DNA from: Armatimonadota bacterium
GTDB lineage: Bacteria > Armatimonadota > DTGP01 > JAKQQT01
Assembly: GCA_036504855.1 (NCBI GenBank)
Contig: DASXUL010000039.1
Coordinates: 15,582 to 79,581 of the forward strand
Reading direction: 5' to 3'
Length of the DNA: 64,000 nucleotides
This document shows, piece after piece, positions 25,831 to 34,173 of this stretch. Positions within the stretch are counted from its first letter, which is position 1. Each line of letters starts with the position of its first letter. Position numbers and translations under genes: made by a program. The notes under the pieces are model-generated. The model was not told the origin of the DNA, did no database searches, and saw nothing but the letters and a program-made list of their open reading frames with translations.

Positions 25831-27861
25831 TTAGCTCAGCATCACCTGGCCGCCGGTCACCGGCAGGGCCTGGCCGGTTTCGTAGGCCTGGTCCATCAGA
25901 TAGTAAACGGCTTTCATCACGTCGGCCACTGTGCAGCCTCGGCCCATGGGCACTTTGCTCTCGTACGCGCGCTTCACATCCTCAACGGTGTTTGCGCCCG
26001 GGACCTTGCCCGTGCGCAGGTATTGCGCGAACAGGCCGTTAGCGGGGTCCGACCACAGCGGCCCATCGAAGAAGTTGCCGGGGCAGATGGCGTTCACCTT
26101 CACCCCGTCATCCACCAACTCCAGGGCGAAGCTCTGCGTGAGGCCCACTCCGCCGAACTTCCCGCCCGCATACGCGGCGTTTCGATTGCTGCCCACGAGG
26201 CCGGACTTGCTGTTGATCTGAATGATGTCCGCCCACGCGTCCGGCTTGGCCATGTGCTGCACGGCCATCGCCGGGGCCGCCGCCTGCACTCCGTTGAAGT
26301 AGCCAACGTAGTTAACGCGCGTTACGAGTTCGAACTCGGCCTGCGGCTGCGTCTTCACGCTGCCCGCCCGGAGCACGCCGGCATTGGAGATGAGCAGGTC
26401 CAGCCCGCCGTAGACGCGCACCACGGCATGGATGGCGTCCTTGAGGGAGTCACCGGAGGTAACGTCCACGCCGATTCCGATGGCTCGGCCCGGGCCGCGT
26501 TCCTCGCAGAGCTTCGATGCGAGGGCGCAGGCGCCATCCGCGTTCACATCCAGCAGCGCAACGTGCGCGCCCTCGCGGGCGAGGTCCTCGGCAATCCCGG
26601 CTCCGAACCCTTGCGCCGCGCCGGTGACCACCGCAACCTTGCCCGCAGCGCGGCCGGACGGGCCGCTTCCCGCCGCAACCTGGCGACGGTAGCTCTCCAC
26701 TTCCCAGGCGTCGATAAACTTGCGGTCCCGACGCAGCATGTACCGGATCCCGCCCAGCGCGGCGGCGCCTTCCATCACCCGGATGGCGTCGAGGTAGACC
26801 TGCCGGACGGTGTCCGCCGCGGCATAGGAGTCGCCTGCCGCGAAGAGCCCGAGGCCGCGAACCAGGATGACCTTCGGCGGGAAGCCCGTGGCGCGTCCGT
26901 GTTCGGCCACGGAAGTCCGCAGGCGCTCCAGATGCTCGGAGGCGCCCTCACCGGGCGCCGGGTCGAACCACAAGGGGAACGATTTGCAGTAGACGATCTG
27001 ATCCGGCGTCAGCGCGCCGCCAGAGGCAAGGACGTTGCCGTCAATGGCGCCGGCCAGGCTCAACGCCGTGGGTGAATCGTCGAACGTCACCACCTTCAGC
27101 GCGTCGCCCTTCGAGAGCAGACCCCGCAGGGCCGGCGCGAGCACATCGATCAGCCGCCGCGCGGTTCCGCCGGGCACGCGCGATCCCGCCCCGAACCCCT
27201 TCGGGGCCCCGAGCCGCTTTGAGATTGCGTTCAGGATGCGGTCGGTGGCGGCGCGGACTTCATCCGGCGTCTCCCCGCCCACGATGAGGCCGTGGTTGGC
27301 CATGAGGATCGCGTCCGGCCCCGTGCGCCCGGTCCGCGCCGTGTACTCCGCCAGAAGACGTTGCGCCATCGCCGCCAGCGTATAGCCGGGGTCCACGTAT
27401 GGAACCCAGAGGACATCGTCGCCAAAGAGATCGGCGGCGATGGCCTCGCCGTTCACGCAACAGGTCAGCGCGTTCGCCAGGGTGGCGTGGCTGTGGACCA
27501 CAAAGCGCGACGGCAGCAGGTGGTGCAGCGCCGCTTCCACCGATGGTCTCTGCCCCTTCTCGGGATGGATGCGGGCCGCCATCACGGCATCCTTGAAGAC
27601 CCGCTCCCGCTCATTTGGGTCCGCGGGCGGCTCGGCGGCGAGCAGCGCCGAGAGCGCCGCGCGGTCCATCTCCACAAAGCCGTCCTCATCCACGCTCGCC
27701 AGCGCGCAGCCGCTCGCCTTCACGAAGAGACGGTCGGCCGTCTTCAGGGAGGTGTTGCCGCCGCCGGCCAGCACGATATCGGGGCGCGACCCGTAGTAGC
27801 GGGAGAGCGCAATTAGCTGCGCGAGGGGCGTTTGATCCGAAGTTCCTTCTGGCCAGTTCAT
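25831..27861 (-). CDS. Bifunctional class II aldolase/adducin-domain plus short-chain dehydrogenase protein (RhaEW-like rhamnulose-1-phosphate aldolase / lactaldehyde dehydrogenase)
   Basis: About 676 aa. The N-terminal half is an aldolase fold. The C-terminal half is an SDR with GKVAVVTGAAQGFGAGIA and YAGGKFGGVGLTQSFA (the YxxxK motif). The first ATG is at 27861, since the track start at 27864 is a TTG. Confidence 0.8.
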   Translation of the reverse strand: MNWPEGTSDQTPLAQLIALSRYYGSRPDIVLAGGGNTSLKTADRLFVKASGCALASVDEDGFVEMDRAALSALLAAEPPADPNERERVFKDAVMAARIHPEKGQRPSVEAALHHLLPSRFVVHSHATLANALTCCVNGEAIAADLFGDDVLWVPYVDPGYTLAAMAQRLLAEYTARTGRTGPDAILMANHGLIVGGETPDEVRAATDRILNAISKRLGAPKGFGAGSRVPGGTARRLIDVLAPALRGLLSKGDALKVVTFDDSPTALSLAGAIDGNVLASGGALTPDQIVYCKSFPLWFDPAPGEGASEHLERLRTSVAEHGRATGFPPKVILVRGLGLFAAGDSYAAADTVRQVYLDAIRVMEGAAALGGIRYMLRRDRKFIDAWEVESYRRQVAAGSGPSGRAAGKVAVVTGAAQGFGAGIAEDLAREGAHVALLDVNADGACALASKLCEERGPGRAIGIGVDVTSGDSLKDAIHAVVRVYGGLDLLISNAGVLRAGSVKTQPQAEFELVTRVNYVGYFNGVQAAAPAMAVQHMAKPDAWADIIQINSKSGLVGSNRNAAYAGGKFGGVGLTQSFALELVDDGVKVNAICPGNFFDGPLWSDPANGLFAQYLRTGKVPGANTVEDVKRAYESKVPMGRGCTVADVMKAVYYLMDQAYETGQALPVTGGQVMLS

Positions 27862-27880
27862 CAACTTGTTGCGTCCATGC

Positions 27881-29008
27881 TCATAATCCTAGGATTTCGC
27901 GCCCCAACAGCGCCCAGCGGGTGATATCCGGGTCCGCGTTGAAGCCGGGTTCACCGGCGAGAACGGCGCGCTGGTGGGCGGCCAGAACGCATGCGCCTTC
28001 CTCGAAGATCCCGCGGATCGGATCGGGCAGCGGCTCGCGGCCGATGCAGGCTGGGCGCAGCGGGATCATCTCCCGCGTGTTGTGCTCGGTTCCGCCAGTT
28101 ACGATGAAGCCCGCATCTCGCAAGGCGGGAACGTACTCCTCCAGCACGAGGCGGCGGTTGCGCACTGGGATGAACTCCACGGCCCCGATATCCCAACGAT
28201 GGAGCCGCTCAGTCAACCCTTCAACCGGCGCCTCGAACGGGCAGATGGGGCTGGCGCCGTCCGCCAGCACCGGGTAGCACGGGATGCCCCTCATCGCCAG
28301 GACCAGCGCGCGGGCCTCCTCGAAGGAGACGAACCGTTCCTCCACGAAGGCCGGCCGCCCGGCCTTCATCAGATGCGTGCGGATGTCGTTTTGCACCGCC
28401 GCCGCGTCGTCTGGCGCCTTCGGCTCTGCTCCAAGAATCGCGTGCAGCGCTCCGGCCCGGGCGCCAGGCTCGGTAGAGGCGAACAGCGCTTCCTGAAACG
28501 CCTGCGCCACGTGGCGCTCCTGAAGGGTAACCGTATCGCGCGGGCAGCCGTGCCGGGTCACGACGCCGTCAACAATTGCCCCGTCGGTCAGGCCGGTGGG
28601 GAATCCCGCCGTCGTGAACACGGACTCCATGCGCGACACCATCGCGGAGATGCGGCGCGCGTCGCCCTCGCGGATGCCATTCAGCACGCGCGCCGGCTCC
28701 GGCTCGAAAGCGGCGGCGGGGGCGATTCCCTTCCCGCAGACGTAGACCTTGCCGGGGTTGCCGGGGTCGTTCAGCTTCACGCCATCGGCCGCCAGCCGCT
28801 CATCCCGCGCCACGATCTCCATCCCGAACAGCGGGAAGATGCCGGCGCGTTCGGCCCGTTCTGCAAATTCCGCGTAAACGGAGTAATCGTAGTAGTTGCT
28901 GGCCCCGAGCGCGCGGATGCCCTGTTCGGCCGCCAGGCGTACCGCCTGTTCCACGGAATCGAACGCCGAAAAGTTCGGCGGAAGGTGAATGTGGCTGTTT
29001 GAAGTCAT
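27881..29008 (-). CDS. PHP-domain (polymerase/histidinol-phosphatase-like) metal-dependent phosphoesterase
   Basis: The N-terminus SHIHLPPNFSAFDS matches the HxH...D PHP motif. The start codon lies inside the first unit of repeat D and has no Shine-Dalgarno sequence. Confidence 0.6.
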   Translation of the reverse strand: MTSNSHIHLPPNFSAFDSVEQAVRLAAEQGIRALGASNYYDYSVYAEFAERAERAGIFPLFGMEIVARDERLAADGVKLNDPGNPGKVYVCGKGIAPAAAFEPEPARVLNGIREGDARRISAMVSRMESVFTTAGFPTGLTDGAIVDGVVTRHGCPRDTVTLQERHVAQAFQEALFASTEPGARAGALHAILGAEPKAPDDAAAVQNDIRTHLMKAGRPAFVEERFVSFEEARALVLAMRGIPCYPVLADGASPICPFEAPVEGLTERLHRWDIGAVEFIPVRNRRLVLEEYVPALRDAGFIVTGGTEHNTREMIPLRPACIGREPLPDPIRGIFEEGACVLAAHQRAVLAGEPGFNADPDITRWALLGREILGL

Positions 29009-29073
29009 CAGTAATCAGTCGTCAGTCGTCAGTTGTCAGTTCGGACTCAGAACTGATGACTGACGACTGACAA
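29004..29073. repeat. Intra-operon palindromic element D of the 7-mer family (GTCATCA/GTCGTCA ... TGACGAC/TGATGAC)
   Basis: gtcatcagtaatcagtcgtcagtcgtcagttgtcagttcggactcagaactgatgactgacgactgacaac fills the entire 65-bp gap between the E2 stop and the PHP start. Confidence 0.65.
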
Positions 29074-30276
29074 CTACTTCTCCAGCATTTCCTTGAGTCG
29101 GGCCATGAAGCGGGCGGCGAGGAGGCCGTCGATGAGGCGGTGGTCGGCGGAGAGGGTGAGCGTCATCCGATGGCCGGCGCGGATGGCGCCGTCCTTCACG
29201 ACGATGTCCTCGCGAACGGCGCCCACGGCCAGGATGGCGGCTTCCGGCGGGTTGATGATCGCCGAGAACTCCTCAACGCCGAACATGCCGAGGTTGGTGA
29301 TGGTGAACGTGGCCTCGCCGGCGCCCTCCAGCCTGCCGGCGCGGGCGGCCTCCACAATGCGGCGCGTTTCGGCGGCGATGCCCTTCAGGTTTCGGCTGTC
29401 CGCGCCCCTCAGAACCGGCACGGTGAGCCCCTCATCCGTTCCCACGGCGATGCCGATATTCGCCTCGCGGAACGTGACGACGTCATCGCCGTCCACGCGG
29501 CCCCGGAACGCGGGGAACTCGGTAAGGAGGCGGGCACAGGCGTATGTGATGACGTCGTTCAGGCTGCACGGATACACCGCCTTCTCGGCGCGGTAGAACG
29601 CCATCAGCGGCCCCGCGTCGACGGTGAGCTTCACGTAGAAGTGCGGGATGGTCTGCTTGGACGCAACGAGGCCGCGGGCGATGGCCTTCCGCATACGGGT
29701 CATGGGAACGCGCTCGGCCCCCGGCTCCGGCGGTCGCGGGGATCGCGGCTCCGGCTCCGGCTCCGCCGCGGCCTCGTGGACCGCTGCTTCAACATCGGCC
29801 AGCAAGATCCGGCCGCGCGGGCCCGAGCCATGGGCGATGCTCTCCAGGGAAACGCCGCACTGGGCCGCGGCCTTCCGGGCCAGCGGCGAGGCGGCCACGC
29901 GCCCGGACCGCGCGGGTTCCACGGCCGGAGTCCGTTCCCGCGCCGGCGCCTCTCCGGCTACGTTCGGCGCAACGGCCTGCGGCGCTCCGGCGAGGAACGC
30001 GTCCGCCTCGGCGTCCGTCTCGGCCAGAACGCCAACCAGCGATTTCACCGGCAGCGTGACGCCGTCCTTCGCCACGATGCGGGCGAGGCGTCCGGAATCG
30101 GCCGCTTCCACCTCCAGCACGGCCTTGTCCGTTTCCACCTCGAAGAGGATGTCGCCCTTGCGGACCTGGTCCCCCTCGCGGGCCAGCCATCGGACGATGG
30201 TCCCCTCCTCCATGGATTGCCCCGGCTGGGGCATCAGTATCGCCACGGCGCCGCGCGTCTCGGACGGTTGGTTCAT
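29074..30276 (-). CDS. Dihydrolipoamide acyltransferase (E2 component of a 2-oxo acid dehydrogenase complex)
   Basis: A lipoyl domain (EVETDKAVLEVEA), an Ala/Pro-rich linker, an E3-binding domain, and a catalytic domain with DHRLIDG. The start was chosen at MNQPS (30276). The upstream ATG at 30333 would place a palindromic operator-like site in the coding sequence. Confidence 0.8.
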   Translation of the reverse strand: MNQPSETRGAVAILMPQPGQSMEEGTIVRWLAREGDQVRKGDILFEVETDKAVLEVEAADSGRLARIVAKDGVTLPVKSLVGVLAETDAEADAFLAGAPQAVAPNVAGEAPARERTPAVEPARSGRVAASPLARKAAAQCGVSLESIAHGSGPRGRILLADVEAAVHEAAAEPEPEPRSPRPPEPGAERVPMTRMRKAIARGLVASKQTIPHFYVKLTVDAGPLMAFYRAEKAVYPCSLNDVITYACARLLTEFPAFRGRVDGDDVVTFREANIGIAVGTDEGLTVPVLRGADSRNLKGIAAETRRIVEAARAGRLEGAGEATFTITNLGMFGVEEFSAIINPPEAAILAVGAVREDIVVKDGAIRAGHRMTLTLSADHRLIDGLLAARFMARLKEMLEK

Positions 30277-30308
30277 AACGGAAGCCTTTACAAGTTGGTC
30301 GAAGTTTT

Positions 30309-30341
30309 GCACATTATAGACAAACTCTTGCAAGAATGTGC
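30309..30341. promoter_or_regulatory. Candidate operator: a perfect 10-bp palindrome TCTTGCAAGA nested in a 7-bp inverted repeat GCACATT...AATGTGC, in the divergent E2/DeoR control region
   Basis: gcacattatagacaaactcttgcaagaatgtgc. It lies about 30 to 65 nt upstream of the E2 start and about 80 nt upstream of the DeoR-family regulator start. Confidence 0.35.
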
Positions 30342-30347
30342 AGAGAA

Positions 30348-30418
30348 GTCATCAGTTGTCAGTCATCAGTTCTCAGTCCGGACTGACGACTGATGACTGA
30401 TGACTGATGACTGACGAC
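30348..30418. repeat. Palindromic element E of the 7-mer family, centred on cagtccggactg
   Basis: gtcatcagttgtcagtcatcagttctcagtcc | ggactgacgactgatgactgatgactgatgactgacgac. It ends 4 nt before the DeoR ATG. Confidence 0.7.
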
Positions 30419-30422
30419 TCCC

Positions 30423-31208
30423 ATGAGCCTGACCTCCGAACAACGACAGGAAGAGATACTTACGCGCGTGCTGGGTGTGGGGCACGTTGTGGTGAAGGCG
30501 TTGGCCGTGGACATGGGGGTTTCGGAGGCGACGGTGCGGCGCGACCTGCGGGCGCTGGCCGACGCGCGCAAGGTGGAACTGGTGTACGGCGGCGCCACGA
30601 TGCCGCGAACCGCGGACTTCACCGTGCTGGGGCGCGCGCGGCGCAATGTGGAGGCCAAGCGCATTGTGGGACGGCTGGCCGCCGGCCTGGTTCCCGACGG
30701 CGAGATGATGTACGTGGATTCCGGGACCACATGCTTCGAGATGCGCCGCCACCTGATGCAGAAGCGCGGCCTCTCCATCTTGCTGAACTCCACCCGCCTC
30801 GCCATGGAACTGAACGCCGGATCGGACGCCAGCATCGTGCTCCTCGGCGGGCACTACCGGCCTGAGCGCATGGATACCGTGGGCCCGCTGGCGGTGGCGG
30901 CCATCGACCAACTGCGCGGCTACGTGGCCTTCATCGGCGCCGACGGGCTCGACCCGGATTTCGGGGTGACCGCCGACGATATCCAGACCGCGTTCCTCTA
31001 TCAGCACGTGTTAAGGAACGCGCGCGAGACCATTCTGCTGGCGGACCATACCAAATTCCTCTGCCCATCGCTGTATCGCATCTGCACGTGGGACGCCATC
31101 TCCCGCGTGGTCACCGATGTGCGCCCCGACGACGAGTGGGTGGAGTTTCTCAACAAGAACGGCATCGAGCTGATACACGAGATGAACACGGAAGCGCCCG
31201 GCTGCTAG
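30423..31208 (+). CDS. DeoR/GlpR-family transcriptional regulator
   Basis: An N-terminal HTH ([34 protein letters not shown]) and a C-terminal DeoR sugar-phosphate-binding domain. Confidence 0.85.
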   Translation: MSLTSEQRQEEILTRVLGVGHVVVKALAVDMGVSEATVRRDLRALADARKVELVYGGATMPRTADFTVLGRARRNVEAKRIVGRLAAGLVPDGEMMYVDSGTTCFEMRRHLMQKRGLSILLNSTRLAMELNAGSDASIVLLGGHYRPERMDTVGPLAVAAIDQLRGYVAFIGADGLDPDFGVTADDIQTAFLYQHVLRNARETILLADHTKFLCPSLYRICTWDAISRVVTDVRPDDEWVEFLNKNGIELIHEMNTEAPGC

Positions 31209-31231
31209 GCGCCGGCGAACCAGGAAAAACC

Positions 31232-33724
31232 ATGCCCAAATCCCTGATGATCCATCCCACCGATGTCCGCCAGAGCGGATTCGTTGAGTTTTCTCCCATC
31301 CCCATGAACCAGTACGCCGGAACGCTGGCGGAGGAGGCGGCGCGATATGGCGCCGAGGCGCTGGCGCGCATCCACCGCGATATGGCGGTCATCCGCGCGT
31401 TCGAGAGCATGCTCAACGAGGTGAAACTCCAGGGCGCCTACCGGGGCGTGGAGTACAACCACAAGGGCCCGGCGCACCTCAGCATCGGCCAGGAGGCCAG
31501 CGCCGTGGGCCAGGCCTTCCTGCTGGGCGTGGACGACCACATCTTCGGCAGCCACCGCAGCCATGGCGAGATCCTGGCGAAGGGCCTCTCCGCTATCGCC
31601 AAGCTGGATGACGCCGCGCTGATGGGCATCATGGAGTCCTATCTGGATGGGGCCACGTTGCGCGTGGTGGAACGCTCGCGCCCGGATGACCGGGGCATGG
31701 CGGCCAACCCGGTGCAGGCCCTGGCCATCGACTTCCTCCTCTACGGCACGCTGGCCGAGATCTTCGGGCGCGAGGCAGGGTTCAACCGGGGCATGGGCGG
31801 TTCCATGCACGCCTTCTTCACGCCATTCGGCGTCTACCCCAACAACGCTATCGTGGGCGGAAGCGGCGACATCTCGGTGGGCGCCGCGATGTTCAAGCGC
31901 ATCAACCACAAGCCCGGCATCGTCATCTGCAACATCGGCGATTCCTCCGCTGCCTGCGGCCCGGTGTGGGAGGGCCTGGTGCTGGCGAACATGGACCAGT
32001 ACAAGACCCTCTGGGACGAGGCGCATCGGGGCGGCCTGCCGCTGATCATGAACTTCGTTAACAACTTCTATGGCATGGGCGGCCAGCCTGTGGGCGAAAC
32101 CGGCGGCTTCGGCGTGCTGGCGCGCCTGGGCGCCGGACTCTCGCCCACGCAGATGCACGCGGAACGCATCGACGGCTACAACCCGCTGGCCGTGGTGGAC
32201 GCCGTGCGGCGGAAGCGCGACATCATCGAAAGCGGTGACGGCCCGGTCCTGCTGGACACGGTTACCTACCGCTTCAGCGGCCACAGCCCGTCTGACGCAT
32301 CATCCTACCGCGAGAAGTCCGAGGTGGAGGAATGGCAGAGCGTGGACTCGCTGGTGACTTACCGGCGGTCGCTCGAGGAAGCCGGCCTCGCCTCGGAGGC
32401 CGACTTCGAGTGCGTCCAGGAGACCATCAACGCCGCCATCCTCCGCGCCTACAAGAAGGCCATTGACCTGGAGGTCTCGCCGCGCGCCGACCTCTACGCG
32501 GTGGGCAGCCTGCTGGAAACCACCATGCTCAGCAACGTGCGCGTTGAGAGCATGGACCCGACGCGCAAGCCCGAAGTGTTGATGCCGAAGGAGGCCAACC
32601 CGCGCGTTCAGCAGCTTGCCAAGCGCAGCCGCGGCGCGTTTGACGCGGAAGGAAAGCCGCTTCCGAAGAGCAAGTGCATTGGCATCCGTGACGCGCTGTT
32701 CGAGAGCATCCTGGACGCTTTCTACACGGACCCCACGCTGGTTGCCTACGGCGAGGAAAACCGCGATTGGGGCGGCGCTTTCGCCGTCTACCGAGGCCTC
32801 ACCGAGGCGCTTCCCTACCACCGTCTGTTCAACACGCCCATCGCCGAGGGCGCCATTGCCGGCTCCTCCGTCGGTTACGCCCTGGAGGGCGGCCGCGCGC
32901 TGGTGGAGCTGATGTATTGCGACTTCATGGGCCGCGCGGGGGATGAGATCTTCAACCAGATGGCCAAGTGGCAGAGCATGAGCGGCGGCCTGCTGAAAAT
33001 GCCGGTGGTGATGCGCGTCTCCGTGGGCAGCAAGTACGGCGCGCAGCACAGCCAGGATTGGACCAGCATGCCGGCCCATATCCCCGGCCTGAAAGTGGTC
33101 TTCCCCGCGACGCCCTACGACGCCAAGGGCCTGATGAACGCCGCGCTCACCGGTTGCGACCCCGTGATCTTCTTCGAGAGCCAGCGCATCTACGACCAGC
33201 CGGAGCTGTTCCACCCCGGCGGCGTGCCGGCCGGCTACTATGAGATCCCCATCGGCGCGCCAGACGTGAAGAAGCCAGGCTCCGACCTGACCATCCTCAC
33301 CATCGGCGCCGCGCTCTATCGCGCCCTGGAAGCCGCCAAGATCCTGGAGGCTGAGTACGGCATCTCCTGCGAGGTGATCGACGCGCGCAGCATCGTGCCC
33401 TTCGACTATGCGCCCGTGTTGGAGAGCGTGCGGAAGACCCACAAGGTCCTGCTGGTTTCGGACGCCTGCGAGCGCGGCTCGTTCCTGCAGACCATGGCCG
33501 CGAAGATCGGCCAGTTTGCCTTCGACGATCTGGACGCGCCGCCCGTGGTGTTGGGCGCCCGCAACTGGATCACCCCGGCCGACGAAGTGGAAGGCGCCTT
33601 CTTCCCGTTCCCCTGCGATTTCCTGGACGCCGTGCACGAGCATATTCAGCCGCTGCCGGGCTACCAGACGAAGCGGGTCTCCGGCATGGAGGAAATGCTG
33701 CGGAGGAGCCGCCTGGGTATCTGA
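31232..33724 (+). CDS. 2-oxo acid dehydrogenase E1 component with fused alpha and beta subunits (TPP-dependent)
   Basis: A start at 31232 (MPKSLMIHP). The alpha part has GxGxxSxGxxHE-type motifs ([12 protein letters not shown] ... [10 protein letters not shown]) and the TPP-binding [13 protein letters not shown]. The beta part has the transketolase-like C-terminus. Total length is 830 aa. Confidence 0.85.
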   Translation: MPKSLMIHPTDVRQSGFVEFSPIPMNQYAGTLAEEAARYGAEALARIHRDMAVIRAFESMLNEVKLQGAYRGVEYNHKGPAHLSIGQEASAVGQAFLLGVDDHIFGSHRSHGEILAKGLSAIAKLDDAALMGIMESYLDGATLRVVERSRPDDRGMAANPVQALAIDFLLYGTLAEIFGREAGFNRGMGGSMHAFFTPFGVYPNNAIVGGSGDISVGAAMFKRINHKPGIVICNIGDSSAACGPVWEGLVLANMDQYKTLWDEAHRGGLPLIMNFVNNFYGMGGQPVGETGGFGVLARLGAGLSPTQMHAERIDGYNPLAVVDAVRRKRDIIESGDGPVLLDTVTYRFSGHSPSDASSYREKSEVEEWQSVDSLVTYRRSLEEAGLASEADFECVQETINAAILRAYKKAIDLEVSPRADLYAVGSLLETTMLSNVRVESMDPTRKPEVLMPKEANPRVQQLAKRSRGAFDAEGKPLPKSKCIGIRDALFESILDAFYTDPTLVAYGEENRDWGGAFAVYRGLTEALPYHRLFNTPIAEGAIAGSSVGYALEGGRALVELMYCDFMGRAGDEIFNQMAKWQSMSGGLLKMPVVMRVSVGSKYGAQHSQDWTSMPAHIPGLKVVFPATPYDAKGLMNAALTGCDPVIFFESQRIYDQPELFHPGGVPAGYYEIPIGAPDVKKPGSDLTILTIGAALYRALEAAKILEAEYGISCEVIDARSIVPFDYAPVLESVRKTHKVLLVSDACERGSFLQTMAAKIGQFAFDDLDAPPVVLGARNWITPADEVEGAFFPFPCDFLDAVHEHIQPLPGYQTKRVSGMEEMLRRSRLGI

Positions 33725-34173
33725 AGAGGGATCGGGGCCGGCGGAGCGAATCGGGGTCCGGATTCCGGATTCCGGATTCGCGACCATGAGCGGGTGGAGG
33801 ATGTTGGTTGGGAGGAAAGGCCGGGCCCCGAGGGGCCGGCTCGGCGGACCAACGGCGCCTTCGCGCTGTGATGCCGCCGTCCACTCACGTCACCCCGAGC
33901 GAAGCGAGAGGTCTCGGCCTGACGCGTCTTTCCTGGCAACGTTTCAAGCACCCGAGCCGGCGTTTGCCTGGGTGCTTGCTCCGCAGCGCCAAACTGCAGG
34001 CCAGGCCGAGACCTCTCGCTTCGCTCGAGGTGACGTGGAGAGACGCGAGGGCGCGAAGGGCCCTTGGCCTTCCGAGCCGGCCCCTCGGGGCCAGGCTCTA
34101 CCCGCCAACTACTAGCATCCTCGCGCATCCGGTCGCGAATCCGGACTCCGGAATCCGGATCCCGATCCCCTTC
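33725..34173. repeat. Three-layer nested palindromic composite (about 449 bp) that fills the gap between convergent genes
   Basis: Outer inverted repeat: gggatcggg...tccggattccggattccggattcgcgacc (33728-33787) against ggtcgcgaatccggactccggaatccggatcccgatcccc (34126-34170). Middle inverted repeat: gccccgaggggccggctcgg (33828-33847) against ccgagccggcccctcggggc (34072-34091). Inner 153-bp element: 33886-34038. Confidence 0.7.
33886..34038. mobile_element. MITE-like 153-bp palindromic element (copy 1) with 36-bp terminal inverted repeats and a central hairpin
   Basis: Terminal repeats cacgtcaccccgagcgaagcgagaggtctcggcctg / caggccgagacctctcgcttcgctcgaggtgacgtgg. The central stem is agcacccgagcc...tgggtgct. 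It is homologous to 44973..45125. Confidence 0.6.

Noticed and set aside
32300-33787. A 495-aa minus-strand ORF antisense to the E1 alpha/beta gene (as well as 31205..32284)
   Set aside because: It is antisense to a gene with clear TPP-binding and transketolase-like motifs. It is a high-GC shadow ORF.
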